From IMG/VR virus record IMGVR_UViG_3300036546_000109, positions 23,182-87,181 of that record: a DNA stretch of 64,000 nt, one strand, 5' to 3'. Below, piece by piece: positions 47,016-57,429 of the stretch. The notes below the pieces were generated by a model. It made no database searches, was not told where the DNA came from, and worked only from the letters and a program-made list of their open reading frames with translations. Every line of letters begins with the position of its first letter. The stretch's first letter is position 1. Source of the DNA: a virus. Taxonomy: Duplodnaviria; Caudoviricetes. The position numbers and the translations under genes were made by a program.

Positions 47016-47537
47016 TTAAAACAAATTACCAACACTGCTAACAGCTCCAGAGATTGCACTACCTGCACTCCCCAAAGCACCACTAATCACGTCAGTAATT
47101 GCATTCTTGTTAGCTTCATTTCCTTTAAGTGTCCACTCAGATGAGTCACAAAGGAACTTCCACTCAATTTCATTTAACTCAGCCCCATACACGATATTGG
47201 GCCATCCACCAATGTAACACTCAACTGATGTGAATACAGGGCCACCAGCTTCATCTTTAAGCATTATTTCAAGCCTAACTTTTCCCTTCGAGGTTTGTTC
47301 AAGCTCAAGCACTTTTCCGAGAATTGTATTAACTTCCGTACTTTGTGGAATAGTGAGTAGGATGGTGCAAGACGTATCACGGCTAACTTCTTTTGCGTGC
47401 TTACCACGAATACCACGAATCTGTTTTACAAACTCTGTATTCCGTTGAATGGCAATTCTGTTCCAACCATTAACTCTATATCCACCAAAGATAAGAGCTA
47501 CTTGGTCTGGGCTGTATGTAAGGATATCTGCTGCCAT
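47016..47537 (-). CDS. tail tube-like protein (DUF3277-like)
   Basis: TYSPDQV motif; paralog of its neighbours. Confidence 0.75.
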   Translation of the reverse strand: MAADILTYSPDQVALIFGGYRVNGWNRIAIQRNTEFVKQIRGIRGKHAKEVSRDTSCTILLTIPQSTEVNTILGKVLELEQTSKGKVRLEIMLKDEAGGPVFTSVECYIGGWPNIVYGAELNEIEWKFLCDSSEWTLKGNEANKNAITDVISGALGSAGSAISGAVSSVGNLF

Positions 47538-47545
47538 TTAATCAC

Positions 47546-48034
47546 CTATAGGATGCCTGGTAGAGCAGATGCTACAGTACCAAGAATGTCTTCCGCCATA
47601 GAGCTTGGACTTTCGTTTCCATTGATATTAACAACAGCATTTGCGCTCTTGAGTGTCCATACACGCTCTGTCATCTCAACACCATAAGTGATAGATGGAA
47701 GTTCCTCGATCCAAGTGGTTGTGGAGAAGATTAATGTCCCCCCGAAACCATCTTTAATCATTAATGGAAACTTACCACGTTTCGTCACACGATCAAGAAG
47801 AACTAGCTTATCAAGGAATCCATTTGAAGGACTTGTATTCATTAGTGTAAACTGAATATCCCAAATATCGGCAGCATTGTAAGTTCTGGTGACACGACCA
47901 TCTGCCGTGGAAGATGATGTAAAGACGGGTGCTTGTCTTGTTACAGAAACAAATGTACCATCAACAACACCTTCCAACGGAACTCCCATTACAAGGATTG
48001 TCACCTCTTCTGGGCTATATGTCCAAAGGTCCAT
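47546..48034 (-). CDS. tail tube-like protein (DUF3277-like)
   Basis: TYSPEEV motif. Confidence 0.75.
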   Translation of the reverse strand: MDLWTYSPEEVTILVMGVPLEGVVDGTFVSVTRQAPVFTSSSTADGRVTRTYNAADIWDIQFTLMNTSPSNGFLDKLVLLDRVTKRGKFPLMIKDGFGGTLIFSTTTWIEELPSITYGVEMTERVWTLKSANAVVNINGNESPSSMAEDILGTVASALPGIL

Positions 48035-48076
48035 ATTAACTCCTTGTTAGGAAGGAAGGGGATTTCTCCCCTTCAA

Positions 48077-48601
48077 TTAAGAAGTCTTCCAGTCTTCAGC
48101 TACATCGTAGCCAACATCTTCAAGAGTGTTGACGCTAGCAGCATCCAGCAAACCACCACCACCAACGTGGGCGTTCAGGTCGATACACTGAATAACCCAA
48201 TCACGGTTATCACCTTCAGTACCAAACGAAATGTCGGGCATGTTGGCGATGTATGCTTGTGGGCTGAAGAAAACAGAACGACCCGAGCCATCTTTGATGG
48301 TCAAGTGGAACAGCCAATCGTTGTTCATTGCATCTTCATCGTTCTTCAGAATCTGACTGAAAACGTCATTCGAGTCACTACCTTGCATCAGGGTGACAGT
48401 GACGGTAGAGGCACGGTTCTTACGACGAACACGCATGGCGCTCATGTCACCACCAATCACCAACTGAGTAGCTGGGGTTTCACGAGCAATAGTAATGAAA
48501 GTGCCCTCAGCAACACCACTTACGATATGGCTGAAGTTATCATTACCAAGAACAATACTAACTGCTTCAGGGAAGTAGGTAGAAAGAATATTTGCAGACA
48601 T
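48077..48601 (-). CDS. tail tube protein (DUF3277-like)
   Basis: TYFPEAV motif; follows the sheath gene. Confidence 0.8.
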   Translation of the reverse strand: MSANILSTYFPEAVSIVLGNDNFSHIVSGVAEGTFITIARETPATQLVIGGDMSAMRVRRKNRASTVTVTLMQGSDSNDVFSQILKNDEDAMNNDWLFHLTIKDGSGRSVFFSPQAYIANMPDISFGTEGDNRDWVIQCIDLNAHVGGGGLLDAASVNTLEDVGYDVAEDWKTS

Positions 48602-48611
48602 TTACTTCTCC

Positions 48612-49889
48612 TTAGACAGATACGGTTGCACGGATTGCGCTGACCTTGTGGACACTTCCAGCCAAACGGAATGTGACAATGAAGTCACCCATTACGCGAG
48701 TGGCACGAATCATTTCTGGAATTGCCAGAACATTAGGGGCTTGTACTGTAGGTGCTGGAGTATCAGCAATGCCACCGTTGGCAATACCTTGGGCGTTGAT
48801 GTTGCGAATCTCAGCCTCAATCAAAGTTGCGCCTTGCTGGGTGTAGGGAATTTTGCGGCTGTTAATCAGGCGATAGAACACGGCCTCTTGGACACGAGCT
48901 TTCCACCAGTCGAGGAAAATGGTTTCATCGAGCCATGTGCCCCCAGCCATCTGACCATTCATAATAATGGCAGCACCTTTAACACGGCGGAAGTAGTTGA
49001 CATTCTTGCTATTCAGTACGTTAACTTCAGTCTCAGAGAGACGACTAACAGTGACAAGAGCAAGTTCTTTCAGTGCCCAAGTATTGCTACCCGGAACTTC
49101 AAGCATCTGGTGCAACCAAGCAGCTTCTGGATATTGAGTATCAGCAGTAGCCGACCAAATAACAAAGGTTCGCTCAAGATTCAGATTATAAAGCTGAGAA
49201 CCAATGTCAGTGGTGGAAGCAGCCGAAAGCACTTGACGGTCAGAAGTCGAAGTACCAAAGATTTTGGTCATACCTTCAATAGTCTGAGCAAAGGCAAGAA
49301 CTTCGGCTGCATCGTGACTGTCAATTACAACAGCATAGAAATCATCATTCTCTTCTTGTACAGCAAACAGTGCGTCACTGTAGGTTTCAACTGAAGTGAC
49401 AGGGGTTACAACAGTGTTTACATTACCAATGACGGTGAAGTCGGTATAGATAGAAAGCTCATCACCTCCCGCGTTAACACCGGCAACAACACCAGTGACT
49501 CCATCAATCAGTGCATACAGACCAGCAATAATATCTGCTTCAGTTTCGCCAGTGCCAGAAGTATACGTGTAAGCAACGGAATTGATGGTAAGGGTGTAGG
49601 TGGTTGCATTCAGCGCAGTTACTGTAACTACATCATGGTCAATGTCTTTACGACCAATGACGATTTGCTGAAAAACTAGCTCTTGCCCAAATAGGCGTTG
49701 AGCCATAATATAGGTGGTGGAAGTGGTGGGGAAGTCTTCAGCAACACCAGTGAGGCTATTGTACACACGAGCACGCTCTGGGAACTGGCCGTGGGCAGAA
49801 AGAATCATTGGAATACTGAAAGATGTAATATCAATCTGCTGAGTGTTTTTAGTAATAAACACTTCAACAAAAGAGTCAATTGCTGCCAA
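48612..49889 (-). CDS. tail sheath protein (DUF3383-like)
   Basis: PGSNTWALK, WLDETIFLDW, KIPYTQQG. Confidence 0.88.
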   Translation of the reverse strand: MAAIDSFVEVFITKNTQQIDITSFSIPMILSAHGQFPERARVYNSLTGVAEDFPTTSTTYIMAQRLFGQELVFQQIVIGRKDIDHDVVTVTALNATTYTLTINSVAYTYTSGTGETEADIIAGLYALIDGVTGVVAGVNAGGDELSIYTDFTVIGNVNTVVTPVTSVETYSDALFAVQEENDDFYAVVIDSHDAAEVLAFAQTIEGMTKIFGTSTSDRQVLSAASTTDIGSQLYNLNLERTFVIWSATADTQYPEAAWLHQMLEVPGSNTWALKELALVTVSRLSETEVNVLNSKNVNYFRRVKGAAIIMNGQMAGGTWLDETIFLDWWKARVQEAVFYRLINSRKIPYTQQGATLIEAEIRNINAQGIANGGIADTPAPTVQAPNVLAIPEMIRATRVMGDFIVTFRLAGSVHKVSAIRATVSV

Positions 49890-49923
49890 TTGCGTATCCT
49901 CTTGTGTTATTTAATAAGGCGAT

Positions 49924-50460
49924 TTAAGCCACTGGTGGAATGGTAGAAGACCTACCATTTGTATTGATTGTGACATGCTCAACCCAATCAACTTCTTTAG
50001 ATTCATGCACGCCATAAGCAAAGGTAACAGTGAAGTTAAAAGCATCAACCCACTGTGTGTCCCTCAACTGAGGGTTGTATACAACTTGTGTTTTTCTATT
50101 AGGTGCCAACCCAAATCTACACCAATCATCACGAGTCATTGTGTAGTTGTTGATATAGCGATGAAATACATCAGCAATATCGCCCGAGTTGCTGCCGTAA
50201 AAACTGAACTGAACACGAGCTTCGTGGAAGCTTTGGAAGTGTGATTTAAGACCTGTTGGGCTTACAATCCCATCTGTCAAAGATGAGTTGTAAACTCTTC
50301 CCGTTTGTTCAAGTCCAAGAATGTTAATCACGATGTAGTCATTAGTTGGTTCTAAGCCATTACCGTGACTAAAGATAATATGTGGGGTGTATTCCGTTCT
50401 TTTTATTAGGGCATCAGAACCATCGAACAATGCGTCTCTGATTTGACTGTAGACAGACAT
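49924..50460 (-). CDS. tail completion/neck terminator protein
   Basis: Synteny before the sheath gene. Confidence 0.7.
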   Translation of the reverse strand: MSVYSQIRDALFDGSDALIKRTEYTPHIIFSHGNGLEPTNDYIVINILGLEQTGRVYNSSLTDGIVSPTGLKSHFQSFHEARVQFSFYGSNSGDIADVFHRYINNYTMTRDDWCRFGLAPNRKTQVVYNPQLRDTQWVDAFNFTVTFAYGVHESKEVDWVEHVTINTNGRSSTIPPVA

Positions 50461-50972
50461 TAAACAAACTCCTTATCTCCGATACGCCATTTAACTTTGG
50501 AGATAAGTTCTCCCGTTTTATCCAGAGGATCGTCTCGTCCTTTCAGTGCGATTGTAAGAGGAGCATTAGCCGGATAAGACCAAGAGTCCATCACCATCTG
50601 AAGCAACTCCACCATCTCATCACCAAGAGAAGCATAAAGTTGTTCCCAACTCATCCTCCCTTCAATAACCAAAGGAAGGCGTCTTTTCAAAGCGTTCTCA
50701 AAGATTGGTCTGTTCTTTAAGTACACCATGAAGCCTTCGGCTATGAATGGTCTTGGTGGTATTGTTGAACCATTGGTATTCACCGTACCATCGTGCAACC
50801 ATTTGGCAAGTTGAGCTAGCGGGATTGGTGGGCCAGCTTCAGTTGCCTGAGAATGCAAATCTCCATTAAACCAACCTATCTGCAAACTCTTTTTGTTCGA
50901 AGCAAGAAGCTGCCTTTTGATTCGTTTCCATTCCGAGGTATCTGCCGTATAACCTGTTCTAATCATACACAC
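50460..50972 (-). CDS. neck/tail completion protein
   Basis: IPPRPF, NAPLTIALKGRDDPLDKTG motifs. Confidence 0.75.
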   Translation of the reverse strand: MCMIRTGYTADTSEWKRIKRQLLASNKKSLQIGWFNGDLHSQATEAGPPIPLAQLAKWLHDGTVNTNGSTIPPRPFIAEGFMVYLKNRPIFENALKRRLPLVIEGRMSWEQLYASLGDEMVELLQMVMDSWSYPANAPLTIALKGRDDPLDKTGELISKVKWRIGDKEFV

Positions 50973-50973
50973 C

Positions 50974-51342
50974 TCAATTTGGAGTTACAGAAATCCTAGC
51001 AGCCCACGCCGAATAATGGTCAAGAACTCCCATATCCCAGCTCTGAACTTTCATTATCTGGTAACGATAACCCTTCCAAATAAATTCATCGGCATCGTAT
51101 CCTTGTGCCCCCTCTTGCTTTGTTCTTACAAGGTCAGTTGTCCAAAGCCTGTACCACTCACGAGTGCGATCAGATTCAGGCATCATCTGAACTTCGGAAG
51201 GTTTCAAAGGCTGGATGTTTGCACGAATTGGTACTTCAACGATTGGTCCTTCTACCCACACACCACGGACATAAGAACCCGCTTCTTGTCGGTAGATGGT
51301 AAGGGGGACTGTTCTTGTCAGGAGAAATCTTGGAATAGACAT
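50974..51342 (-). CDS. head closure protein
   Basis: Synteny; GSYVRGVWVEG, ADEFIWKG. Confidence 0.7.
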   Translation of the reverse strand: MSIPRFLLTRTVPLTIYRQEAGSYVRGVWVEGPIVEVPIRANIQPLKPSEVQMMPESDRTREWYRLWTTDLVRTKQEGAQGYDADEFIWKGYRYQIMKVQSWDMGVLDHYSAWAARISVTPN

Positions 51343-51353
51343 TCACTTCTCCT

Positions 51354-51767
51354 TCAGAAAGTAGAACCGTAGGCTTTGCAAGTGTTACAACTACAAGATT
51401 CTTCGTGGTCACACACTTGAATATTCAAGAGCTTGGAACAACTGTCTTTACTACCATACCAAGGATACAATCCGTCAGGCATAAACATGCCTGCACCTTT
51501 CATCAGATTTTCAAGAACTTTAAAGTAGCTTGTTGATACAGAGTTCCATACTTCTATCGAACCAGTACGTTCACGAGTGCTCCAAGCAGACAATTGTGCG
51601 TAAGCACTTGCTGCCGCAAACCTCGCTGCTTTATAAACATCTCCCTTGGAGAAATCTAAAAGTTTTTGAATTTCTACATCAGTCAGAAGCATATAAAATG
51701 GAGACGTTTCAGTATCTCCGATCAAGATTCGAATTAAACTGATCTTTTCTTCGTCAGTCATGGGCAA
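51354..51767 (-). CDS. head-tail adaptor
   Basis: IRILIGD...LLTDVEI motif. Confidence 0.75.
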   Translation of the reverse strand: MPMTDEEKISLIRILIGDTETSPFYMLLTDVEIQKLLDFSKGDVYKAARFAAASAYAQLSAWSTRERTGSIEVWNSVSTSYFKVLENLMKGAGMFMPDGLYPWYGSKDSCSKLLNIQVCDHEESCSCNTCKAYGSTF

Positions 51768-51821
51768 AGCCTCTCCTTTTAATTTAAGGAGGGCAAAACC
51801 AAACGGCTTGCCCTATAATCT

Positions 51822-52007
51822 TTAAGCCTGTAGAGCAGCAACTACTTCATTCAGAAGGGTAGCAACATCTGCTGCTGTCGCAGTAGCTGGGTCAGCAATC
51901 GGAGTCAGGGCAACTACTTCAGGCTTGGTAGAAACTTCACCAGCTTCTACAACCGCTGCGAGTTGGCGAAGTGCATAAATCCAACCAGCTTTAATTTCAA
52001 CATTCAT
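51822..52007 (-). CDS. small head fibre/decoration-like protein
   Basis: IADPATATAADVATLLNEVVAALQA. Confidence 0.6.
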   Translation of the reverse strand: MNVEIKAGWIYALRQLAAVVEAGEVSTKPEVVALTPIADPATATAADVATLLNEVVAALQA

Positions 52008-52076
52008 AGGAATCTCCTAAATATAGGAGGCTATATTTCAAGCCTCCTTATTGTCTAACTAGAAATCCTAAGAGGA

Positions 52077-53138
52077 TTAAACCAGCGACAGACGAACGAT
52101 AGCACCCGGATTCAGCAGGGCGTTCAGGAAGTTCTGCTCAGTCATGATTTCGATGATGTCATCTTTCTCATTCATGTACTCGTACCAGTAGCTACCTTGA
52201 GCACGGCGGTTGATAGTACCAAAACGGTTAGCCGGAGCGAAGTAGGTCTTGAACATATCACGAACACCAACCGGCAGCATGTATGCGTCACCTTCAGCCA
52301 CGAACGGAACGAAAGTACCAGCAGCATTCTCATAGCCAGCAGCGCCAGCGTTAATGAAAGTGATACCGAAGACGTTCACATACTCGAAACGAGCATCGGT
52401 AGCCAGTGACTGCGGCTGACCCAGCAGAACGCTCAGAGACTGTTGACCAGCTTCGTACTTCATTGCATCAGTGATGTACGGGTTCATCAGCAGTGCTTGG
52501 AAGTAGCTATCCGAGGCCAGAACAACGAAGGCACGGACAGTACCAGCTTGACCGCCAGTCAGGCCAGCACGAACAGCTTTCTTGGCATCAGCAAAGTCAG
52601 CACGAGGGTCGGTAGATGTAGCCAGCGAAGTAACAATCTCTTCACGGGTAATGCCGAACTCAGTGTAGTAGTTGGTCGATACAGTGCCGTTCGGGGCATA
52701 AACAGTACCGGCAGTGATAAGCTGCATACGAGCGGCTTCAAGGGTAAGACCATGAGCTTCACGCAGGTCAAACATCTTGTCAGCACGGACAGCAGCAACG
52801 CTTTCCAGCTCAGCAGCTTCAGCCATGGAGTTGGCAGAAACAATACCGTCGATGTCGTTCGGGGTGATAGCGTCATCTGCCGGGAAGTGCGGAATCTTCA
52901 ACAGCAGCGAGTCACGATCACGACCAGCGATGGTTTGGTTACGCTCATCCCAGTTACGGTCTTCCAGCAAAGTGGAGCCACGCTTGGTACGAACAACTTC
53001 CACAGTTTTCTGAGTGGAGTAGGTGGGGGTGAACAGACCCAGCGCGTTGGCGATACCTACAGTGTTCGGGATTTGAATCAGGCTGTCGGTACGATCAACT
53101 ACCTTAGTGCGGTCATTAGGGTTAATTACGAGAGGCAT
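52077..53138 (-). CDS. major capsid protein (lambda gpE-like family)
   Basis: 353 aa, highly biased codon usage, follows protease and decoration genes. Confidence 0.9.
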   Translation of the reverse strand: MPLVINPNDRTKVVDRTDSLIQIPNTVGIANALGLFTPTYSTQKTVEVVRTKRGSTLLEDRNWDERNQTIAGRDRDSLLLKIPHFPADDAITPNDIDGIVSANSMAEAAELESVAAVRADKMFDLREAHGLTLEAARMQLITAGTVYAPNGTVSTNYYTEFGITREEIVTSLATSTDPRADFADAKKAVRAGLTGGQAGTVRAFVVLASDSYFQALLMNPYITDAMKYEAGQQSLSVLLGQPQSLATDARFEYVNVFGITFINAGAAGYENAAGTFVPFVAEGDAYMLPVGVRDMFKTYFAPANRFGTINRRAQGSYWYEYMNEKDDIIEIMTEQNFLNALLNPGAIVRLSLV

Positions 53139-53185
53139 ATTTTAACTTTCCTTTATTTAATTAATAACGTGGCAAAATATGCCGA

Positions 53186-53632
53186 TTACTTGGTTTCCAG
53201 AACCACAATACCCTGCTTTTCCAGCACTTCTTTCAGAGAAGCAAACTGAGCATCAGTGAGGGCAGAGTGAACTTGCTTCAGGAAGTATTCTTTCAGTTGC
53301 AGGCCACCAGAATGACCAACAAAACCAACAGCGTTGAACTGACCAGCAGCAATAGCACGCGGAACGAACGAGGGGTTGAAGCTGTAATGGTCGCCGTAAA
53401 TAACAGCAAACTCGTTGGTTTCTACAATTTGAGAAGCAGCGCTCAGAACTGCGTAAGCACCTTCGGGGTTGGTGCCCTTAGCACGGTAAACAACAGTACC
53501 GATTTCAACAGCAGCGCCACCAGCCGGAGGAGTGACGTTTACACATTTACGGCCATAACCAACACTCGGATCAATTTCGTGAACAACGAGGTCAGACAGG
53601 CGCTTGGAGTAAGGCATAGTTACGAAAGGCAT
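53186..53632 (-). CDS. head decoration protein
   Basis: Lies between protease and MCP; biased codon usage. Confidence 0.75.
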   Translation of the reverse strand: MPFVTMPYSKRLSDLVVHEIDPSVGYGRKCVNVTPPAGGAAVEIGTVVYRAKGTNPEGAYAVLSAASQIVETNEFAVIYGDHYSFNPSFVPRAIAAGQFNAVGFVGHSGGLQLKEYFLKQVHSALTDAQFASLKEVLEKQGIVVLETK

Positions 53633-53650
53633 ATTTTAAATTCCTTTAAA

Positions 53651-55027
53651 TTAACGGTTTTGAAGACGGGCTTGAATCAGCGCATCGGTAGTGGAAGTTT
53701 TCGGAGCAGCGACATCTTCAACAGAAGCCTCTACGCCTTGGTCACCGACCTCGGTGAACATCTCACTGTTTTCAACAGCTTTAGCTTGAGCAGCCATAGC
53801 GCCTACAACAGTGGAGAATGCAGCGTCGTCCAGAGAAGACAGGGAAGCAGCCAGAGCTTCTACTTGGTCAGCGGAAGTGACAGCAGCCAGCTTGTCTTTA
53901 CGAGCTTGCAATTTCTGCTCTACTTTCTCTTGTTCCAGTTGTGCAACCAGAGCTTGAGCGTCAGCCAGAGCGGTTTCTTTCTCACCCAGAGCAGCTTCAA
54001 GGGAAGCTTTCAGTTGGGTCATATCTTCAAGGGATGCTTGCAGGGTAGTAACTTGTGCCTGATAGTCAGACAGTTGGGTTTGAAGCTCTTCGAGCTTTGG
54101 CATATCCACGGACATATTAGGAGTTACCTCATTCTTCATAAATTTAAAAATACGATTGTTCATTTCTTTCCCGGTCTTATTAGATTGGGCCTCTGACGAC
54201 AAGTAAGAGTAGAAGTCTTCCAGAGTCATTATTTTATCAGCTAGACCCAAAGCAACAGCTTCTTCTGAAAGAAACGTTTTAGCTTCGGTATTCCTCACTG
54301 CTTCCACGGACATGCCACGATGTTCTGCAACATATTCAGTGAAATCTTTGTAGAGAGCATCCACTTTGTCTTGAAGGTCTTGAATAAATTCTTTTCGAAA
54401 ACTTCCGTCTTCAGCAAAAGGAATTTTTTCTGATCCTGCTGTAACAAAGGTTCGCTCATAACCTTTCTGCTCAAGAGCCTTTGAATCATTCATCAAGCGG
54501 ATAAGAACTCCGACCGATCCAATCTCAGACTGCTTGTTCGAAACAATTTCGTCGGAGATTGCGGTAAGCCCATATGCTGCCGATGCACTAAGGCCATCCA
54601 CATAACTAATGATTCGTACACCGTTCTCATCAGCCAGTTTGCGCAGATAATTACCAGTGTCCATCATTCCGTAAGCTTCACCACCACCAGACTCAACCAT
54701 AAAAGCAATGGTCTTGGCACCTTCAACAACAAGAGATTCGAAGTCTTCTTTAATACTCTCGTAAGAAGTTCCACCACAGAGAGCTTCCCACCCGGTAGAC
54801 TTATTAGTCAGTGGGCCATTGATGCTAATTACGCCGAGGTTGTTTTCCTCGTAATAAAGGGTGTCGTACATCGAAAACTCTAGAGAATCTTCTTTAGTCT
54901 CCAGTACAGCACCACCTTCACAACGCTTGTCCAGATAATTCATCACCGATTCGAAGGTGCGAGGATCGATCAACAAAGGAGTGTCGAACATCTTGCTTCT
55001 TAGGCGAGTGAGTTCATGGGCCATCAT
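53651..55027 (-). CDS. S49 prohead protease with C-terminal scaffold domain
   Basis: ESGGGE, SASAAY, IGSVGV motifs; coiled-coil tail. Confidence 0.9.
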   Translation of the reverse strand: MMAHELTRLRSKMFDTPLLIDPRTFESVMNYLDKRCEGGAVLETKEDSLEFSMYDTLYYEENNLGVISINGPLTNKSTGWEALCGGTSYESIKEDFESLVVEGAKTIAFMVESGGGEAYGMMDTGNYLRKLADENGVRIISYVDGLSASAAYGLTAISDEIVSNKQSEIGSVGVLIRLMNDSKALEQKGYERTFVTAGSEKIPFAEDGSFRKEFIQDLQDKVDALYKDFTEYVAEHRGMSVEAVRNTEAKTFLSEEAVALGLADKIMTLEDFYSYLSSEAQSNKTGKEMNNRIFKFMKNEVTPNMSVDMPKLEELQTQLSDYQAQVTTLQASLEDMTQLKASLEAALGEKETALADAQALVAQLEQEKVEQKLQARKDKLAAVTSADQVEALAASLSSLDDAAFSTVVGAMAAQAKAVENSEMFTEVGDQGVEASVEDVAAPKTSTTDALIQARLQNR

Positions 55028-55035
55028 TCACTCCT

Positions 55036-56556
55036 TCATGTGTTTTCATTGTTGGAAATTGATCCGTCACCAGAACTGCCATCCACTGTACCCGTGCCCG
55101 AGTTAAGCCCCTCAACCATTCCGCTTCCTGACTTCGATGTCATGTTCCCAAGGGCTTCATCAAGCTCTTCTTGAGTCATGGTGTCTGGAACACGATAAGG
55201 GATATCAGCCTGCTTCATTACCCAGTTGATTGTGTCTCGATTACGCGGGAATGTGGAAACAGCGGCAGTACGTTGGATAAACTTACTTACTTCATCCAAA
55301 GATTCTTTACTAACGTTCCCGTAAGTGAATTCTGGCATGATTGTTGTATCCCACCCGTTCTGCTCCCAAAGTGTACGAACAAGTTGGTGATTAAGCTGAT
55401 TCTTGATTTCGTCAAGCTTGGCTTGAATACCCATCTCAATAATGCTTACTTTTGTTTCACCAAGAGCAAACGATCCACCACCTTGTTGACCAAGGGCCAA
55501 GAAGTCAGCAAACAAGCAAGTGAGGATTTCAGCGTTATAACGAGCAATGATTGCGTTAGTGTCAAACGAACGTTGTCCTGTGACACTCATCACTTCAAAG
55601 TCAAACATCCGCTTACCAGTTTCATCTAGCAGCAGAGGAAGAATCAAACCGCTCTGCTTGGCAACGTGCATATTAGCCATTGCTTGCTGATAGGCTTGAA
55701 ACACTGCCTTGTTTTCATCAGAAGCATCAGCAGCCATATACTGCGGAGGCAGGTACAACACTTTAAAGCCATTCACGTCTTGAGCAGCACCAATGGCCTC
55801 TGCTTCTTGAAATGCTGTCTTATACTTCCAGGCTTGCCACGCTCCATTCAAACTGCTCACCCCGGTCGGTGAATCCTTTAGTGGATTGTTACGAAAGAGC
55901 AAAAACTTCTTCCTAGCCAGTCTTACGGGTTTTGTTTTAGTAGAGGCTGTTGAAGTATTTACAAAATCCCACCCGTAGTCGGGAGTGGCGCTATCTGGAA
56001 TCACGACTCGTTGAACAAGACCAGCAAGCTCACGTCCACTGTTCTTCCAATACCAACCTTCGATAGTGTCTTGAGCGCGAATAGGAAGCTTCTTAACCCC
56101 TACAAGCCCGTCATTGAACTTCGATCCATTCTCTTTACGGCGATAGCGAAGAACAATCTCAAGAACAGAGAAACCATAACGGTTGAACGTAGCAGCTTGC
56201 TTAATCATGCTCTGCCAGTCATGATCCATGTCCACCATCACTTGCTTGAGATAATTGGCTTTATCGGCAAGTTCCTCCTCATATCCTTCAGGAATCTTGA
56301 CATCCCAAGGAACTCGTGCAATCATGGTTTCAACAAGTTCAAGGGCTGGGCTGATAGCAGCATCCTTAGCCATCTTCTTGTATGTTTCTATCGCTTGAGG
56401 AAATCTCAATTCGTGAGAACACTCCTCCATTACCTGCCCACCTAAAGTCAGGATTCCATTGAAACCCTGCTCACGATAGGAGATGGAGGGTATCGGATTC
56501 TCCCCGGCAGGTGGTGCTGAAGAGGAATTTTCAGCTATGCTTTCATCATCTTCCAC
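55036..56556 (-). CDS. portal protein (DUF935-like)
   Basis: 506 aa after the terminase; GGSFALG motif; GTG start. Confidence 0.88.
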   Translation of the reverse strand: MEDDESIAENSSSAPPAGENPIPSISYREQGFNGILTLGGQVMEECSHELRFPQAIETYKKMAKDAAISPALELVETMIARVPWDVKIPEGYEEELADKANYLKQVMVDMDHDWQSMIKQAATFNRYGFSVLEIVLRYRRKENGSKFNDGLVGVKKLPIRAQDTIEGWYWKNSGRELAGLVQRVVIPDSATPDYGWDFVNTSTASTKTKPVRLARKKFLLFRNNPLKDSPTGVSSLNGAWQAWKYKTAFQEAEAIGAAQDVNGFKVLYLPPQYMAADASDENKAVFQAYQQAMANMHVAKQSGLILPLLLDETGKRMFDFEVMSVTGQRSFDTNAIIARYNAEILTCLFADFLALGQQGGGSFALGETKVSIIEMGIQAKLDEIKNQLNHQLVRTLWEQNGWDTTIMPEFTYGNVSKESLDEVSKFIQRTAAVSTFPRNRDTINWVMKQADIPYRVPDTMTQEELDEALGNMTSKSGSGMVEGLNSGTGTVDGSSGDGSISNNENT

Positions 56557-57298
56557 ACATAGTCTCCTTAAAAGTTAACCACTTACCGTCCTCCGATGGA
56601 ATCCAACCAGAAGAAAACATTTGGCAGATTTTAGTAAATCTGAAGTGTTCTAACGTGTCGCAAAATACTTCATTATATATTTTACACAGCCGTCGAGGGC
56701 CGATTTTATCAGCCTGATACCATAGATCGTAAATGATATCCGAAACCGCCCAGAATTGCAGGGAGTGCGGTCTAATTAGACAACCAGATGTTTGCCAAGG
56801 GCTGAGGTTCTTATTTATCGCAGCCTCGGACATATTCTTTATTGCCTCTTCAGAACGTTTACTTCCTAAATTGGCTAAGCGTGTTCTTTCAATAGATGAG
56901 GCGGGCATTTTCTTTCCGCGACGGGCATTCCCCATAATCTCTCTATTCTCTGGAGTATGGGTCTTACCAAAGAAATGATTTCTAGCTCCTTTGGACATTT
57001 CCGCAACATCTTGGCGAAGCCTTGTAAACATCTTTGAATTTACAATCTTACCTCGTCCCTTCATTAGGATCATAGCTTGTTTCATTTCTTTACTGTCTGG
57101 GTATATTTTCACTAGGAGCAGGTGTGCAATAAAGTGTTCTCTTGGAGTGAGTAAAACTTTATTCCAAACTCCGTCCGAACCTCCCAAAGATTTTGGAACT
57201 ATGTGGTGTGACTCTGTATAATAATCCAAATCTCTCTTATAGACACCTCTGTATTTTCGGCTGTCTACTAAAGCTTTGTATATCTTTTGATAATTCAT
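56546..57298 (-). CDS. HNH homing endonuclease with NUMOD3 repeats
   Basis: ESHHIVPKSLGGSD...LTPREHFIAHLLL; HFFGKTHTPE. Confidence 0.9.
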   Translation of the reverse strand: MNYQKIYKALVDSRKYRGVYKRDLDYYTESHHIVPKSLGGSDGVWNKVLLTPREHFIAHLLLVKIYPDSKEMKQAMILMKGRGKIVNSKMFTRLRQDVAEMSKGARNHFFGKTHTPENREIMGNARRGKKMPASSIERTRLANLGSKRSEEAIKNMSEAAINKNLSPWQTSGCLIRPHSLQFWAVSDIIYDLWYQADKIGPRRLCKIYNEVFCDTLEHFRFTKICQMFSSGWIPSEDGKWLTFKETMCGR

Positions 57299-57429
57299 TT
57301 AATTCTCCGATCAGAAATGGTGCGCCTATTTAGTTGATCGGAACTAAAAGAGTAGCTAACTCGTTCGGCGCATAAACCAGCCATTTAGAAGACGCACTGT
57401 TGTGCGTAGGCTCAAGAGAGCCTTCCTCC

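Noticed and set aside
47016-48601. Three paralogous tube-like genes
   Set aside because: Multiple DUF3277-like genes after the sheath are a usual arrangement in this type of myovirus, so not novel.
22165-52045. Recurring GC hairpins with TGAAATA-like loops just upstream of RBSs (about 22170, 22707, 30657, 52030)
   Set aside because: Consistent with ordinary intra-operon terminators or stabilisers; loops are not strictly conserved and copies are too few to call a system.
52443-54196. Long plus-strand ORFs (268 and 309 aa) antisense to the capsid and protease genes
   Set aside because: Expected antisense openness from the strong codon bias of highly expressed genes; no protein-like features.
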